From Trichomonas gallinae (lineage: Eukaryota): a stretch of 39,541 bases of DNA. Within the stretch, counting starts at the first letter, position 1. The number at the start of each line of letters is the position of its first letter. The notes below the pieces were generated by a model. The model saw only the letters and a program-made list of their open reading frames with translations. It had not been told where the DNA came from and searched no databases. This document shows, piece after piece, positions 1 to 11,146 of this stretch. Made by a program: the position numbers and the translations under genes. The stretch lies in assembly GCA_008369845.1 (NCBI GenBank), contig MRSU01000358.1:62001-101541 (forward strand), given 5' to 3'.

Positions 1-1506
1 TGCGAATCCATTTTTCTCGTTCCTTCACACACAACATTTCTCGCAAAACGTGGAACTGTTGTTTGCATCGCAGATCCACACGAAATCACAAATGTTTTAG
101 GCAAAGAAGGCTTCGAATTCTTTGCTGAAGACGCAGAAAAAGCAGTTATTGATTTCCGATTTACAATTCCTTCATGTGTTCCTTCAACGGACTTCGAAAC
201 AGCTGGAGCAAACGTAACAGCTGAGATTGTCGACGAAATCATCAAACAAGATCAAGAAAAAGCAGAAAAATTACAGAAATATTCGAAATACGCTACGAAC
301 TGTCATAGAATTGCCGGTCTAGGCGAAGTTATGAATGTTCCCGGTATTCTCGATGAAAAATGTGACAACATGCAAGAAATTTTATCTGTTTGCCGCTCAA
401 AATCAACGCATATGGACGGACACTCACCGGGAGTCACAGGAACCGCACTTAACAGATACATTTCCGCCGGAATTTCGACGGATCACGAATGTACAACAGC
501 AGAAGATTTGAATTCAAGGTTAAAGCGCGGAATGCACGTTTTAATTCGCGAAGGAACAGCTTTTGCATCGAATGCAGAGGAACTTTGCACAGCACTAAAC
601 AGTCTTCCTCGTGCAGCAACTCATAGATGTGCATTTTGCACAGACGACCGTCGCATGGACGACATTCTGGAATACGGACACATAGACAACGCCATCAGAA
701 TCGGCATAAAATGCGGTCTTAATCCATATGACTGCGTCAGAATGGCAACATTAAATCCCGCAATCATGTTCAATTTAGTTGATTATGGAGCAATAGCACC
801 AGGAAAAATTGCTAGTTTTTCTGTTTTGAATGGAGACATAAAAGAATGCAACATTGGCAGAGTTTTCATCCGCGGCAACGAATTAATCACAGAAAACGAG
901 AAACCATTAATATATGACAAGTCTAAGATCTCCATCATGCGTGTGGACATCAATACTATAGCAGAGAAGCTCGAAAAGGCCGAATTCAAGGGCCCAGCTA
1001 TCGGAATAATTCCAAACAAAATTTTAACAACACAAGAAGAGAAAAACGAGTCGTCTAACATGATAGTGTGCGTTGAGCGCTATTCTGGCAACTGCAACAT
1101 GGGGCACGCGTGGATCAACGGCGCTCAGCTAAACAAAGACTGCGCAGTAGCATCTACAGTTGCCCACGATTCGCATAATATTGTCTGCATCGGTTCTTCA
1201 AAGAGTGCCATCGTTAAAGCCATAGATGCATTAATAAAGGTTGGTGGCGGCTATTCTGTATCTAATAACGACGAAATAACTGTGCTTCCACTGCCTATAG
1301 CTGGTTTGATGACTGATGCCACTAAGCCTGAGTTATTAACTGGATTGAGGGAATTCAGGGCAGCTTTGTTGAAGGCTGGTGCAAGTGATAAATATGACCT
1401 TATGATGACGTTATCGTTTATGTGTCTTCCAGTCATACCAAAGCTTAAGTTGACTGACAAAGGATTATTTGATGCGGAAACTTTGCAATTTGTCAAATAC
1501 GAATAA
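1..1506 (+). CDS. ade: Adenine deaminase (AdeC type, amidohydrolase superfamily), 5'-truncated by the window edge
   Basis: Frame is open from base 1 (CESIFLVP...ADPHEITNVLG...PSCVP...ETAGA...GLGEVMN) into the listed ORF. It carries DGHSPG, STDHEC, IREGT, CTDD, MATLNPA, GAIAPG, ASTVAHDSHN, LPLPIAGLM and LPVIPKLKLTDKGLFD motifs typical of AdeC. Confidence 0.92.
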   Translation, partial: CESIFLVPSHTTFLAKRGTVVCIADPHEITNVLGKEGFEFFAEDAEKAVIDFRFTIPSCVPSTDFETAGANVTAEIVDEIIKQDQEKAEKLQKYSKYATNCHRIAGLGEVMNVPGILDEKCDNMQEILSVCRSKSTHMDGHSPGVTGTALNRYISAGISTDHECTTAEDLNSRLKRGMHVLIREGTAFASNAEELCTALNSLPRAATHRCAFCTDDRRMDDILEYGHIDNAIRIGIKCGLNPYDCVRMATLNPAIMFNLVDYGAIAPGKIASFSVLNGDIKECNIGRVFIRGNELITENEKPLIYDKSKISIMRVDINTIAEKLEKAEFKGPAIGIIPNKILTTQEEKNESSNMIVCVERYSGNCNMGHAWINGAQLNKDCAVASTVAHDSHNIVCIGSSKSAIVKAIDALIKVGGGYSVSNNDEITVLPLPIAGLMTDATKPELLTGLREFRAALLKAGASDKYDLMMTLSFMCLPVIPKLKLTDKGLFDAETLQFVKYE

Positions 1507-2637
1507 CTTTAAATTTCTATTTCTATCATAATTAGTTAGATTTGTACATAAGAATAAGGCTAACGTATAATTTTTTTCTCTTCGATTTTGATATTTTTCT
1601 AGCAATGAATTTTGAGCTTATTTTTGAGCATATTTTGGCATAAATAGTTTAATTAAAGAATTTATCGAAGAGAAATGTTGTTGTTTTTGATTTCATCTGA
1701 AATGATTTCGAATTTATTCGAGTATTCATCTGAACTAGGTGTTTTTTTGGTCAGTGTTAGTGTTCCTGAATATAAAAATTTCATAATTATTCTGCTTTTT
1801 TTCTCAATTTGGCAGTAGAATTTAACAAGTCAATAAATGATGTAAATTTAGTATCTATTCATATAATAAATAAGGAAAAACCAATAATTAATGATTTCTG
1901 TTTTTTTTGATACTAAATCATAACTAGTTAACAAGTATGTAATTGACCAAGTATTAAAACAAATAATCATATTCAAAATTTTGTTTAGATTCAAAAAGAA
2001 TCGAATCTTACGTTTTTATATAATTTTAAATTCGTGGCTCATCATGGAAATAACTTGTTATTCGACTTGTAAGCATAAATAATCAGCTATTTTCATATGG
2101 AATTTGATTAAATTTTGATAATGAATGAAAAAATTTCAATGAAACTCTAAATTATATAATTATTTAATTTCCACACATTAATTTAAGTATAATTTTTAGT
2201 GTAATTTTTTTTTCCTGAAAAGATGTTAACATCGTATAATTCTTGATGCTCGAGTTAAACAATAAAAAATCTTTACGCGCCTTTTTGTGTTTTGAAAAAA
2301 TTGCGATAATTATATGGAATAACTTTGAAAATACGATATAGTCATAGAATACATTAAAAATATCATAGTTGATCGATCTAAGCTTTGATAACAGAAATTT
2401 CTCATTGAATTTTTTAATCATTATCAATTTTTCATTTCTCATATATTATTCTATAAAAATGAGTAATAAGGCCAATTTCAAGGGAATTTCGATAAGCATC
2501 TTTTTCAATGGTAATCAATATTTTCAATATTCTTTTCAATTAATTTTTCAATTCTGCGCAAAATATTGCTAATAGAAATTACAATAATCATTCAAATTAC
2601 AATATTTTTACAATTTTTTTTTAACAAATTAAGTCAA

Positions 2638-5600
2638 ATGAAAGCAAGCGATTCCATTGCGTCTATCTTACATTCGAGATCGCAGTCGACTTCAGGCACA
2701 AATGATCAACGTCATAAGATTGTTTCAGGCGAGTTTTCTGTCCTTGATAAAGTTTTCCCGCTTTTGGACGAAATGCTGAAGACTGGTAAAGTTCCTTCTA
2801 TTTTGGAATCGATTCTTTTTGTGCACATATACTTCCAGATATTCGCGTTTTCGCTTTGGCCGGCTTTCACTTTCCTCAAATTAACGGATCGACTTGACGA
2901 TACAATTGGAATGTGGATTTATAGGATTGCCTTCATATCAGAGGTCAGTTTGAAGCACTCCTCCATCATTGGCAGCTTGATTTTCTTCTCCATTCTCATT
3001 TTAATTTTCTTAGTTTCTTTTGGCATTGAATTATTCGTATTCTTCAAGACAAGGAGATTCAACAAGCCATTACTCCACGTTGCACGTACATGTTTCGACG
3101 TAATTCCGATGCTGATCCTTCTTCCGATTTCAGAATGGACTGGAATCTGCTTAAAGTACTCAATTAAGACGAAAACAACATTCTATATAGTATGCTGTGT
3201 CGTAGCATTCATATATTTAATCATTGTCATGTTCGCCCATCACGTTCAATCTTATTTCACCGCGAGTTTGCCGTACATTCCAACATCGAACATCGCATGC
3301 TGGTCAGGATACTACCACTTTATGTTTCTCGCTGTTCCATCCGTCATCTTAATTGTTTCATTTATTGCGGAATTCTTCCCGAAGTATTTCATGCTTCTGC
3401 TCATGTTTTTCAAGATTTTGTACAACATATACATGGTATACAACCTCTTTTTCTTCCCATTTTCGCATTTGAAAATGAATGATATGTTTGCAGCGCTTTT
3501 CATGGCTGTTAACGTGTTAGATGTCATCAAAATGCTAGACCTGTTCAATTTCTCCATCCATTTCTGGATTTTGCTCGTTGCTTCCATTTCATCTTACATT
3601 TTATGCTTAATTATATCGAAAATCATATTTTATTACCGAATCAAACTCATCTGCTCAAACTTGACATTCGAAGCCGTCGACAAAGTTGAAGCAGATGGCA
3701 CTTATCAGCCACATTTAAGACAAGATCTCAGCGGAAATGTAGTACAAGACGAGAAAATCCGTATTCTATTCCACAGGATTGGGTTAGACAAATCAGAGAA
3801 TCGTTGTGAGATGTATTTCAGAATTGGCTTAGCAAATCGTTGTCCTTTGTTCTTAAACTGGGCCTTGGTCAAATATGCAAGTGAATACCATAGAACAGCT
3901 CATATGTCAACGATTATCACGCAAATGTTGTCATTTTATCCATGTGAAGCCAGATTATTAAGTTCGTATTTCAATACTGCTTGCACTTATCCGTTAAACT
4001 TCACTCAGAGATTCTTAATGTTCCAGATCAACATCATCAAGCAGCTCAGACAGTCATCAGCATCAAGAGAAATTGGCGAGACAATTATACAACTCAAAAA
4101 CAAGGCAAATACTATAATAGATGATGTAAGGAAGTTCTGGACAACATGCCCAGACGAAATGAACGTGTTTTACGACCTACAAAAAAGAACTCAGACAGTT
4201 AGAGAACTTTTCGATGAAGCACTAAACCATTATCCAAATAACGTCAGAATATGCGAAGGATACTCTCAGTTCTTGATTGAAGGTGCTATGGACTTCAAGG
4301 AGGGTGTCAGGATGAAGCACAAAGCAGATCTGATAGAACAAGGCAAGAACTTTGTCATAGATTTTTCATTTAGAAGTCTCGTTCGTGCATATCCCGAATA
4401 TCTCAAGAAGAACATCATGAATGTACAAGGCCAGTTCATCCAGCACAACAATCAAAGCAGAGAAAGCGCAAACACAACATCTATATCAAGTTCATCGTCC
4501 AAGAACTCGAATCTATCTACAGGAACAATCGACGGAATTTTGGATCCAGAAATCGAAGAACAAGTCGCTAAGAATTGTTTCACTTACCACAGACTGAGAT
4601 TAGAGTTCCAGGGCTGCATGGAGAACAGGAAGATCAAGTACGACAAACACTTGCATTGGGCTGTTTTGTGGAATTTGTTGTGTGTTGTCATTTTGTCAGT
4701 TTTCTTCTTCGTTTTCTATTACAACAGATATGATCAGAGATTGACGTCAATTCAGAGGTTAATCAATTTAGTGAGAACAAAATACAACATTGACGCAACA
4801 TTCTTGGCTTCTATCATGAAAACTGTTCCAGCTGTCGGCGCAATTACACCAGCGATGATTGAACAAGTTCGCGTGTTGAGTGGATCAAGCTACGAAATTG
4901 ATGTAATGGAAGGCGACTTAGAAGTTGCAAGGTGGAGTGACTACATGACAAACAACTTGTCAAGATACATGAATGATATCATGGGACTAGCACAGAACGG
5001 AGTAAATGTTGAAACAACATTCACAGAGTTTGTCGTCAGAATGATTCCTATCCACCAATGCAACGGACTTTCCATGATGCCTGGTACATACAATGAGACA
5101 CTCAAAGAATTGTTTGTAAGATTAGAAATTTACCTCAGAGGTCTTCACACGCAAGCAGCGTCAAAATTAGTTCACGATGACAGAGCTTGCGAGACAATTG
5201 CCAATTTCCCAGAAGCAAACGAACACTACAGGACATTGGCAAGCAGAATTTTGGCTTACTTGAAAGATATAGAAACAGAAGACATCAAAATCAACACTTT
5301 CTTGAATATTTTGATTCCATTATTGTATGCTTTCGTTTCCATTCCTCCGATTTACTTCTATTTGTGGCTTTGCTTGAAAGAGTTGAGAAGTGTTCATGGA
5401 TTATTGGTTCACCTCAACCAGTCCACAAGAGAAACAGCATCAAAGTCTTTGTTGAAGACAGATGAAGAAATTACATTCAAGGAAACAATGAAGTCACAAA
5501 TAATGCAGACATCAACTTTATATGCTTTTGCTGCATTGCCCATCATCAATGCTGTTCTCTTTTTGATTGTTCCAATGATCTGCGTCAAGCAAAACACTGT

Positions 5601-7431
5601 TTACAACAATTACAACTACTGGGTTTACTATTCATCAGCCAGAGCTTCAGATGCTGTCCAAGCATTGATCTGGTCAATCTTCTCTGTAGCAATCGGAAAA
5701 GGTTTCCCAGAATTCGCTTTCAATCGCTCCGTTTATGTTAAAAATGCACAGTTGAATCTCAACAACTTGATCAAAGACAACAACGACTTGTTGAGAGGCA
5801 GCGACAAAAGTCCATCATGTGTTGGAAGATCTGATAATCTTGACAGATTTAATATTGTCGCTTATTGCAAGAATGATGACTTCAAGAGTGTTGACCATTC
5901 AGACTACAAATGCTCATCTCTAGATGCATCAATCACTTCTTTGTTTGCTTATCTTAACTTAGTGTTAGATAACCCACAGAACGCGACAATGGACAAAGAC
6001 ACTGAAATGGCCAACTCTTTCCATATCGTTACAAATCACATCGTTGAGAGATGCTGGGAGTCGTCAAACGAAATCAACGCATTGGCTAAGAAAGAATTAT
6101 CCAATTTCAGGAGAAACATGGCATTAATTGCCGGTGCAACAATTTTAGTTTCAATTATTATAACAATTATTCTCTGGGTTGTTTTCAGCAGAATCGAAAC
6201 AATGTACAACGGTGAATTGCAACTATTAAGAAGAGTTCCGCCGCTTTCTATGTCATCATCACCAGCTTTGATGAATTATATCACACACAAAGACGAACAG
6301 AAGAAGACGGAAGTCATGGCACCAACAAAATCTATCGTTTATCAATCTAAAGATTCCATAATTTTCATTAACAAGAACTTGAACATCGAATCGATCAACA
6401 ACGCCACAACAGACTTATTCGGTTATACACCAGACCAAATTCTCGGTCAGCCAATCAACACAATTTTAGCTGAATCAATCAACGAAGACCTCTACAAGCA
6501 AGTAGAGATGATGAAGACTGGCCAGTGCGCATTGGTTTACGAGCATTCATGCCACGGAATTACTGATGATGAGCAAGACATGCCAGTCCATATTACTTTA
6601 ATTGGCATCCCAGAGAACAATGGCAACCTTCCAAAGGCTTTCGTTGTTATCATGAGAAACGAGACAGAACTCATCAGACAGAGGAAGATCGCCGAAACAG
6701 CTAAAGCCCAGTCGGAGAAATTGCTTTATCAGATCTTGCCAAGAGACATTGTCACGAGACTCAACAGAGGAGAAACAGACATTAACTTCACCGTTCCTTC
6801 TGCTACGATCATCTTCATTGATATTGTCAAGTTCTCCAATTATGCGTCAACACTTACACCAGCAGAAATCATGGAGCATCTTTCGATTATTTTCGCAAAG
6901 TTTGATGCAGCGATCGCGAAATTTAATCTCTTGACAAAGATCAAATTAATCGGTGACGTTTACATGGCAGCAGGTGGTTTATTCACTCCAGAAGAGAATC
7001 CACAGAACCACGCAGTTCAGATGATCAATTTCGCCTTGGAGTCTTTAATGGCTCTTGAAGAAGCAAACAACCAATTCAATGCATCTCTTATGGTAAGAAT
7101 TGGTGTCAACACAAACGGCCCACTTATCGCTGGTGTTTTGGGCACTGATAAGCCTGTTTTCGACATCATCGGTGATCCAATCAATGTAGCTTCTAGGCTG
7201 CAGTCAACTGCTGTACCAGGAACTGTTCAAATCTCTGAAGAAACATTCCAGTTGATTGCAAACATGAATTATAATATAGAAAAGAGAGGTGAAATCGAAC
7301 TAAAGGGTAAGGGAAAGAAGACAGCATATGTAGTGAGACCACTTGCTATGAGCAGCTTCTTCTCTGTTCCACAAGATCTTGAGCAAGAAAATTCACAGCT
7401 TGCTGTTCCTGTTCCAAATCAATCTGTTTAA
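2638..7431 (+). CDS. Transmembrane adenylyl cyclase (multi-TM N-terminus, PAS domain, single class III cyclase domain)
   Basis: First in-frame ATG at 2638 (MKASDS). Many hydrophobic segments, PAS (INNATTDLFGYTPDQILGQPI) and cyclase motifs IFIDIVKFS, KIKLIGDVYMAAGG, VRIGVNT, FDIIGDPINVASRLQS, ELKGKG. The Lys and Asp at the specificity positions indicate ATP as substrate. Confidence 0.92.
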   Translation: MKASDSIASILHSRSQSTSGTNDQRHKIVSGEFSVLDKVFPLLDEMLKTGKVPSILESILFVHIYFQIFAFSLWPAFTFLKLTDRLDDTIGMWIYRIAFISEVSLKHSSIIGSLIFFSILILIFLVSFGIELFVFFKTRRFNKPLLHVARTCFDVIPMLILLPISEWTGICLKYSIKTKTTFYIVCCVVAFIYLIIVMFAHHVQSYFTASLPYIPTSNIACWSGYYHFMFLAVPSVILIVSFIAEFFPKYFMLLLMFFKILYNIYMVYNLFFFPFSHLKMNDMFAALFMAVNVLDVIKMLDLFNFSIHFWILLVASISSYILCLIISKIIFYYRIKLICSNLTFEAVDKVEADGTYQPHLRQDLSGNVVQDEKIRILFHRIGLDKSENRCEMYFRIGLANRCPLFLNWALVKYASEYHRTAHMSTIITQMLSFYPCEARLLSSYFNTACTYPLNFTQRFLMFQINIIKQLRQSSASREIGETIIQLKNKANTIIDDVRKFWTTCPDEMNVFYDLQKRTQTVRELFDEALNHYPNNVRICEGYSQFLIEGAMDFKEGVRMKHKADLIEQGKNFVIDFSFRSLVRAYPEYLKKNIMNVQGQFIQHNNQSRESANTTSISSSSSKNSNLSTGTIDGILDPEIEEQVAKNCFTYHRLRLEFQGCMENRKIKYDKHLHWAVLWNLLCVVILSVFFFVFYYNRYDQRLTSIQRLINLVRTKYNIDATFLASIMKTVPAVGAITPAMIEQVRVLSGSSYEIDVMEGDLEVARWSDYMTNNLSRYMNDIMGLAQNGVNVETTFTEFVVRMIPIHQCNGLSMMPGTYNETLKELFVRLEIYLRGLHTQAASKLVHDDRACETIANFPEANEHYRTLASRILAYLKDIETEDIKINTFLNILIPLLYAFVSIPPIYFYLWLCLKELRSVHGLLVHLNQSTRETASKSLLKTDEEITFKETMKSQIMQTSTLYAFAALPIINAVLFLIVPMICVKQNTVYNNYNYWVYYSSARASDAVQALIWSIFSVAIGKGFPEFAFNRSVYVKNAQLNLNNLIKDNNDLLRGSDKSPSCVGRSDNLDRFNIVAYCKNDDFKSVDHSDYKCSSLDASITSLFAYLNLVLDNPQNATMDKDTEMANSFHIVTNHIVERCWESSNEINALAKKELSNFRRNMALIAGATILVSIIITIILWVVFSRIETMYNGELQLLRRVPPLSMSSSPALMNYITHKDEQKKTEVMAPTKSIVYQSKDSIIFINKNLNIESINNATTDLFGYTPDQILGQPINTILAESINEDLYKQVEMMKTGQCALVYEHSCHGITDDEQDMPVHITLIGIPENNGNLPKAFVVIMRNETELIRQRKIAETAKAQSEKLLYQILPRDIVTRLNRGETDINFTVPSATIIFIDIVKFSNYASTLTPAEIMEHLSIIFAKFDAAIAKFNLLTKIKLIGDVYMAAGGLFTPEENPQNHAVQMINFALESLMALEEANNQFNASLMVRIGVNTNGPLIAGVLGTDKPVFDIIGDPINVASRLQSTAVPGTVQISEETFQLIANMNYNIEKRGEIELKGKGKKTAYVVRPLAMSSFFSVPQDLEQENSQLAVPVPNQSV

Positions 7432-9022
7432 AAAGTCTATGTTTTTACTTTCAATATAATGCTTTTTTATTACTATTTTACGCCAATCAGATACTTATCC
7501 GAGCAAATTTTTGAAAATTTTGATCATGTCACGCTAATATGCAAAATTTAATCAAAAATCAATATAACTACATGTATATTAATTTGTTTATAGTTATGAT
7601 CACGAATTAACAAATGTATACAATTTTTTCTAAATCTCAAGGGTGATTTTATATATATTAAACACATATTACTCATGCTAATACATTTTATAATGTTTTT
7701 AGCTCTTGATTTTTATCTTCCGGTTTACAGTGAAATAATTTTAAAATTTTAATGGGATTATATGATTCTATTTCAAGCATATCATGCTACATAGTATTGT
7801 AAAATGAAATATACTTAGTAAAGGCTTGGAATATATTAAATAGATTAAAGAGAGAGATCAAAATTTAATTCACAACAAAAGCTGATCTAATGTATTAGGA
7901 AACATTAGATTAGATGGAAAATGACCTAATTTCATGAGATTATGCTTCAAAAACAAGGAAATTCGTGATTAAACTGTTTTTATCATCTGAAATTTATCGG
8001 ATTTGATCTAAGAAATACACTAAAATAAGCTACAATAAACAAAATTTAGCATTTTCTGATTTTTCTTTGGAGAAAAACAGGTACAGTCCCTCATTTTTTA
8101 ATTAATTAGAAATTATATTTGCTTATATGATAATGGAGATATTATAAAATTAGGGGGTTTGTAAATTTACAAAAATAAACTATTAAAAAAGTGAATTTAA
8201 ATTTTGATACGTTTACAAATTATCTACTTTGAGTTTTGATTAAAAATAGAAGACAACCTTTGTATTGCTACGAGTCATCAAGAACAACACTAGTTAATAC
8301 TTCTCTATGAAAATTCAACAGGATACAAAAAAAATCCGTTAAATTTCATGATGATCAATTTTTTTGATTGCATTAGATTAACAATAGTCATCGCATATGA
8401 TATTTAGCATCCAAAATGCATTTGAAAATAAATAAGATTTTGATGGGGTTACTATGTGTTATTTCATATACTGATTCATAATTTTGTTTCGAAAATGTGT
8501 TTCAATGAGATCTAAAATTTCAATGATTCAACTTTTGAGTGGACAACAAAAATCGATTTCATGGCCTGTAAATAGATCATTGGTTCATTTTCAGTATAAA
8601 TTTTTTCACATTATTTGATTAAATTATTTCTTATATTTTCAATGCAATTTCTAAGTTTTGTTTGAGCTTAACAATATTTTCAAAGTAACTTCAAAACAAT
8701 GTCGTACCACATATAACGCATCCATACAGTATACCATAACAGAAAGAAACCATACATAAATAATTTTCACAAAATCAAAAACGTGACATACATTTTCATT
8801 AGGATAATATTTTTATGCACACGGCCAGTATACTCTAAAATAAGCAGGAATACATCGATTATTTTATTCACGTAATAACGTGTTTCTTCAGAATTACTTT
8901 GATTAATTTTCTCAAATTTTTATCAAATTTACAACTATTTATCTATAGCCTGCAGTGTTAATATTTTCAGTTTATCAAAATTTTGATAAGTTTATTATTA
9001 ATTATTTTTTTTAATCATTCAG

Positions 9023-9970
9023 ATGAATCAGAAAGAGATCGATTATCTTCTCGCTAACCATATCGAGGTGAAAAGCAGCATAGCCAAGGGTGGTTTTGGC
9101 GAGGTGTTTCTTGTCTACCATAATCTCTATAAAGGGGATTTTGCATTAAAAAAGATTCATTGTCGCCGCTTTAATAAAGCAGAAATCGAATGCTTAAAAT
9201 CAATAGACCATGTTAATATTATCAGACTATACAAATGTTATTATTTCGATGGATATGTATACATGCTCATGGAATTTTGTCCGGTCGATTTATATCATTT
9301 ATTGAAGCAGAAAGGCGAATTTTCAGATGAATCAATGATGAAATATACATTCCAAATCTTAAAAGCTATCAAAGCATGCCATGATCTGAAAATCGCTCAT
9401 AATGATATCAAACCGTCGAACTTTTTGCTTGACATGTATGGCCGCGTTAAGGCCTGCGATTTTGGGATCTCTACAATATTCCGGGATGAAACAACAAGCA
9501 AGACATCTAAAGGAACATTGTTTTTCATGTCCCCAGAGATGCTTGCTGAGGAGCAGCACAACTCATTGAAGGCAGATATATGGGCTCTTGGTGTTACTCT
9601 CTTTTATTTAGCCACTCGCACTTATCCTTATATGGCTTCAGATCAAAATCTTCTCTTAAAAGTGATTAAAGACGGAAACTGCCCAATAAACGCAGTCAGA
9701 AATCCATTGCTCAAGAATGTCATTGCGAGATGCCTCGATGTTAACCCAGAAACTCGCGCAAATATCGATGAACTTCTTGAAATGCCTTATTTCCAAATGG
9801 AAGCACAGCCAATCAAGCAAATTCAAGTTGGAGCTTCTCAAACGCCATTCCGTCAGATAATTAAGCCAAAATTACCAATGGATTCTAAACTTATAATGAG
9901 CAGACTTTCATTGGTCCCCTGCAAGAGGATTTCGCCAAGACACAATGTACATTCCAACAATACTCATTAA
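9023..9970 (+). CDS. Ser/Thr protein kinase (CAMK-like, non-RD)
   Basis: KGGFGEV, ALK, HNDIKPSN, DFG, GTLFFMSPE and DIWALG motifs. Confidence 0.93.
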   Translation: MNQKEIDYLLANHIEVKSSIAKGGFGEVFLVYHNLYKGDFALKKIHCRRFNKAEIECLKSIDHVNIIRLYKCYYFDGYVYMLMEFCPVDLYHLLKQKGEFSDESMMKYTFQILKAIKACHDLKIAHNDIKPSNFLLDMYGRVKACDFGISTIFRDETTSKTSKGTLFFMSPEMLAEEQHNSLKADIWALGVTLFYLATRTYPYMASDQNLLLKVIKDGNCPINAVRNPLLKNVIARCLDVNPETRANIDELLEMPYFQMEAQPIKQIQVGASQTPFRQIIKPKLPMDSKLIMSRLSLVPCKRISPRHNVHSNNTH

Positions 9971-10400
9971 TATAGATTGTTTTTTATATTTTTGTTTATT
10001 AAATATTTTACCATGTATTTTTTCAAAGATATGACATATATTTTACTTGACATTAATGCACTATACATAAAGGATATTACAATATTTGATCGACTTTAGA
10101 CTTAAATTCGGTTTTTGAATTTCGATAAATATCATATTAAACAAATTATTGTATTGAGTCATGATATCATTTAATCAGCATTAACACAGTTGGGTGACAA
10201 AGCCAAGAAGCTGTAGATTTTTGAAACGAAATTTTGAAATTTAATTCGAAACAAATTTCATTTTTCCTACTATATATGCATTAATTGATTAACAGTTTAT
10301 TGGATTTTCAAGTGACAAGATGATAATTCTATATTTGCAAATTTATTATACAAAATCTACATATTTTAAAGGATAGTTCAGAACAAATTTAATAACAGAT

Positions 10401-10937
10401 CTATTCTTGCGAAATAGTTAAAGTTGGAAGCTGAGAATTCGGATGATATGATCGTAAACCCGAGTACCATCTATTTTTAATTGAACCAGAGCTACGACCA
10501 GGTAAAAACTTTGCGATTTTTGACCAGTGATTTCCGATTTCTTTTTGTTTTTCTATAATTATATTATCTTCCCAAGGCGCGAAGCCTCCTTTCTTGATAT
10601 TCGGATCGAGGCAATTAAGCCATCTTTCTCTGCATTGTTTACTTGTTCTTGTAGGTACAAACTTTGCGATTTCGTGCCATTTCTTAGTTCCAAGCTGAGC
10701 TATCGCATTTTTAAGTTGATTGTCCTCTTCGGCAGTCCATGAGCCTCGAGATCCACCAACTTTGGTGTCTAAGTTCTGATCTAAAAGATATTGCGGGAAA
10801 ATAAGCATCGGCTGGTACTGGGATGAATTAGTAGTTTGACCGTTTCCTTGTGCATCGACTGGGTAGGATGAGTACTGGTCGATGTACTGGTACGACTGTA
10901 ATCCTTGTTGGTCGGCGGTTGCGGTTTCGTTATTCAT
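10401..10937 (-). CDS. R2R3 Myb-like DNA-binding protein
   Basis: GSWTAEED...W..IA...RTSKQCRERW.N.L.P followed by ED..I......GNHWSKIAKFLPGRS..SIKNRW. Confidence 0.95.
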   Translation of the reverse strand: MNNETATADQQGLQSYQYIDQYSSYPVDAQGNGQTTNSSQYQPMLIFPQYLLDQNLDTKVGGSRGSWTAEEDNQLKNAIAQLGTKKWHEIAKFVPTRTSKQCRERWLNCLDPNIKKGGFAPWEDNIIIEKQKEIGNHWSKIAKFLPGRSSGSIKNRWYSGLRSYHPNSQLPTLTISQE

Positions 10938-11146
10938 GGAGGTTTTTTTGGAGTGGTAGGACTTTACAATAATCGTAGGGACATTTTGTCACTTTTAATA
11001 TGTCTTGTAAATTATTTACATGTCATTTTAATTAATGATTTTTTCTTAATAGAATTTTTCTATATATCATTTCTCTTAGTATTACATCAATACTATGCAT
11101 TGATATAGAATGAACTAATCTATTTATTTTTGAAGTTTTTCAGATG

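Noticed and set aside
2164..2637. Short ORFs and the TTG-started N-terminal extension of the cyclase
   Set aside because: AT-rich promoter-like DNA with non-ATG starts; the first ATG at 2638 is more plausible. The same applies to the extensions at 35306 and 37220.
1..7431. Functional purine/cAMP cluster of adenine deaminase and adenylyl cyclase
   Set aside because: Cyclases are a very large dispersed family in trichomonads and genes are transcribed individually, so adjacency is expected by chance.
8701..8760. Repeated CCATA words upstream of the kinase gene
   Set aside because: Short, irregularly spaced and not distinguishable from chance by eye.
9001..9025. T-tract plus AG directly before ATG (also at 27990-28006) as an intron acceptor
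   Set aside because: No trichomonad branch-site motif (ACTAAC-type) or upstream exon is evident, and both proteins look complete from the ATG.
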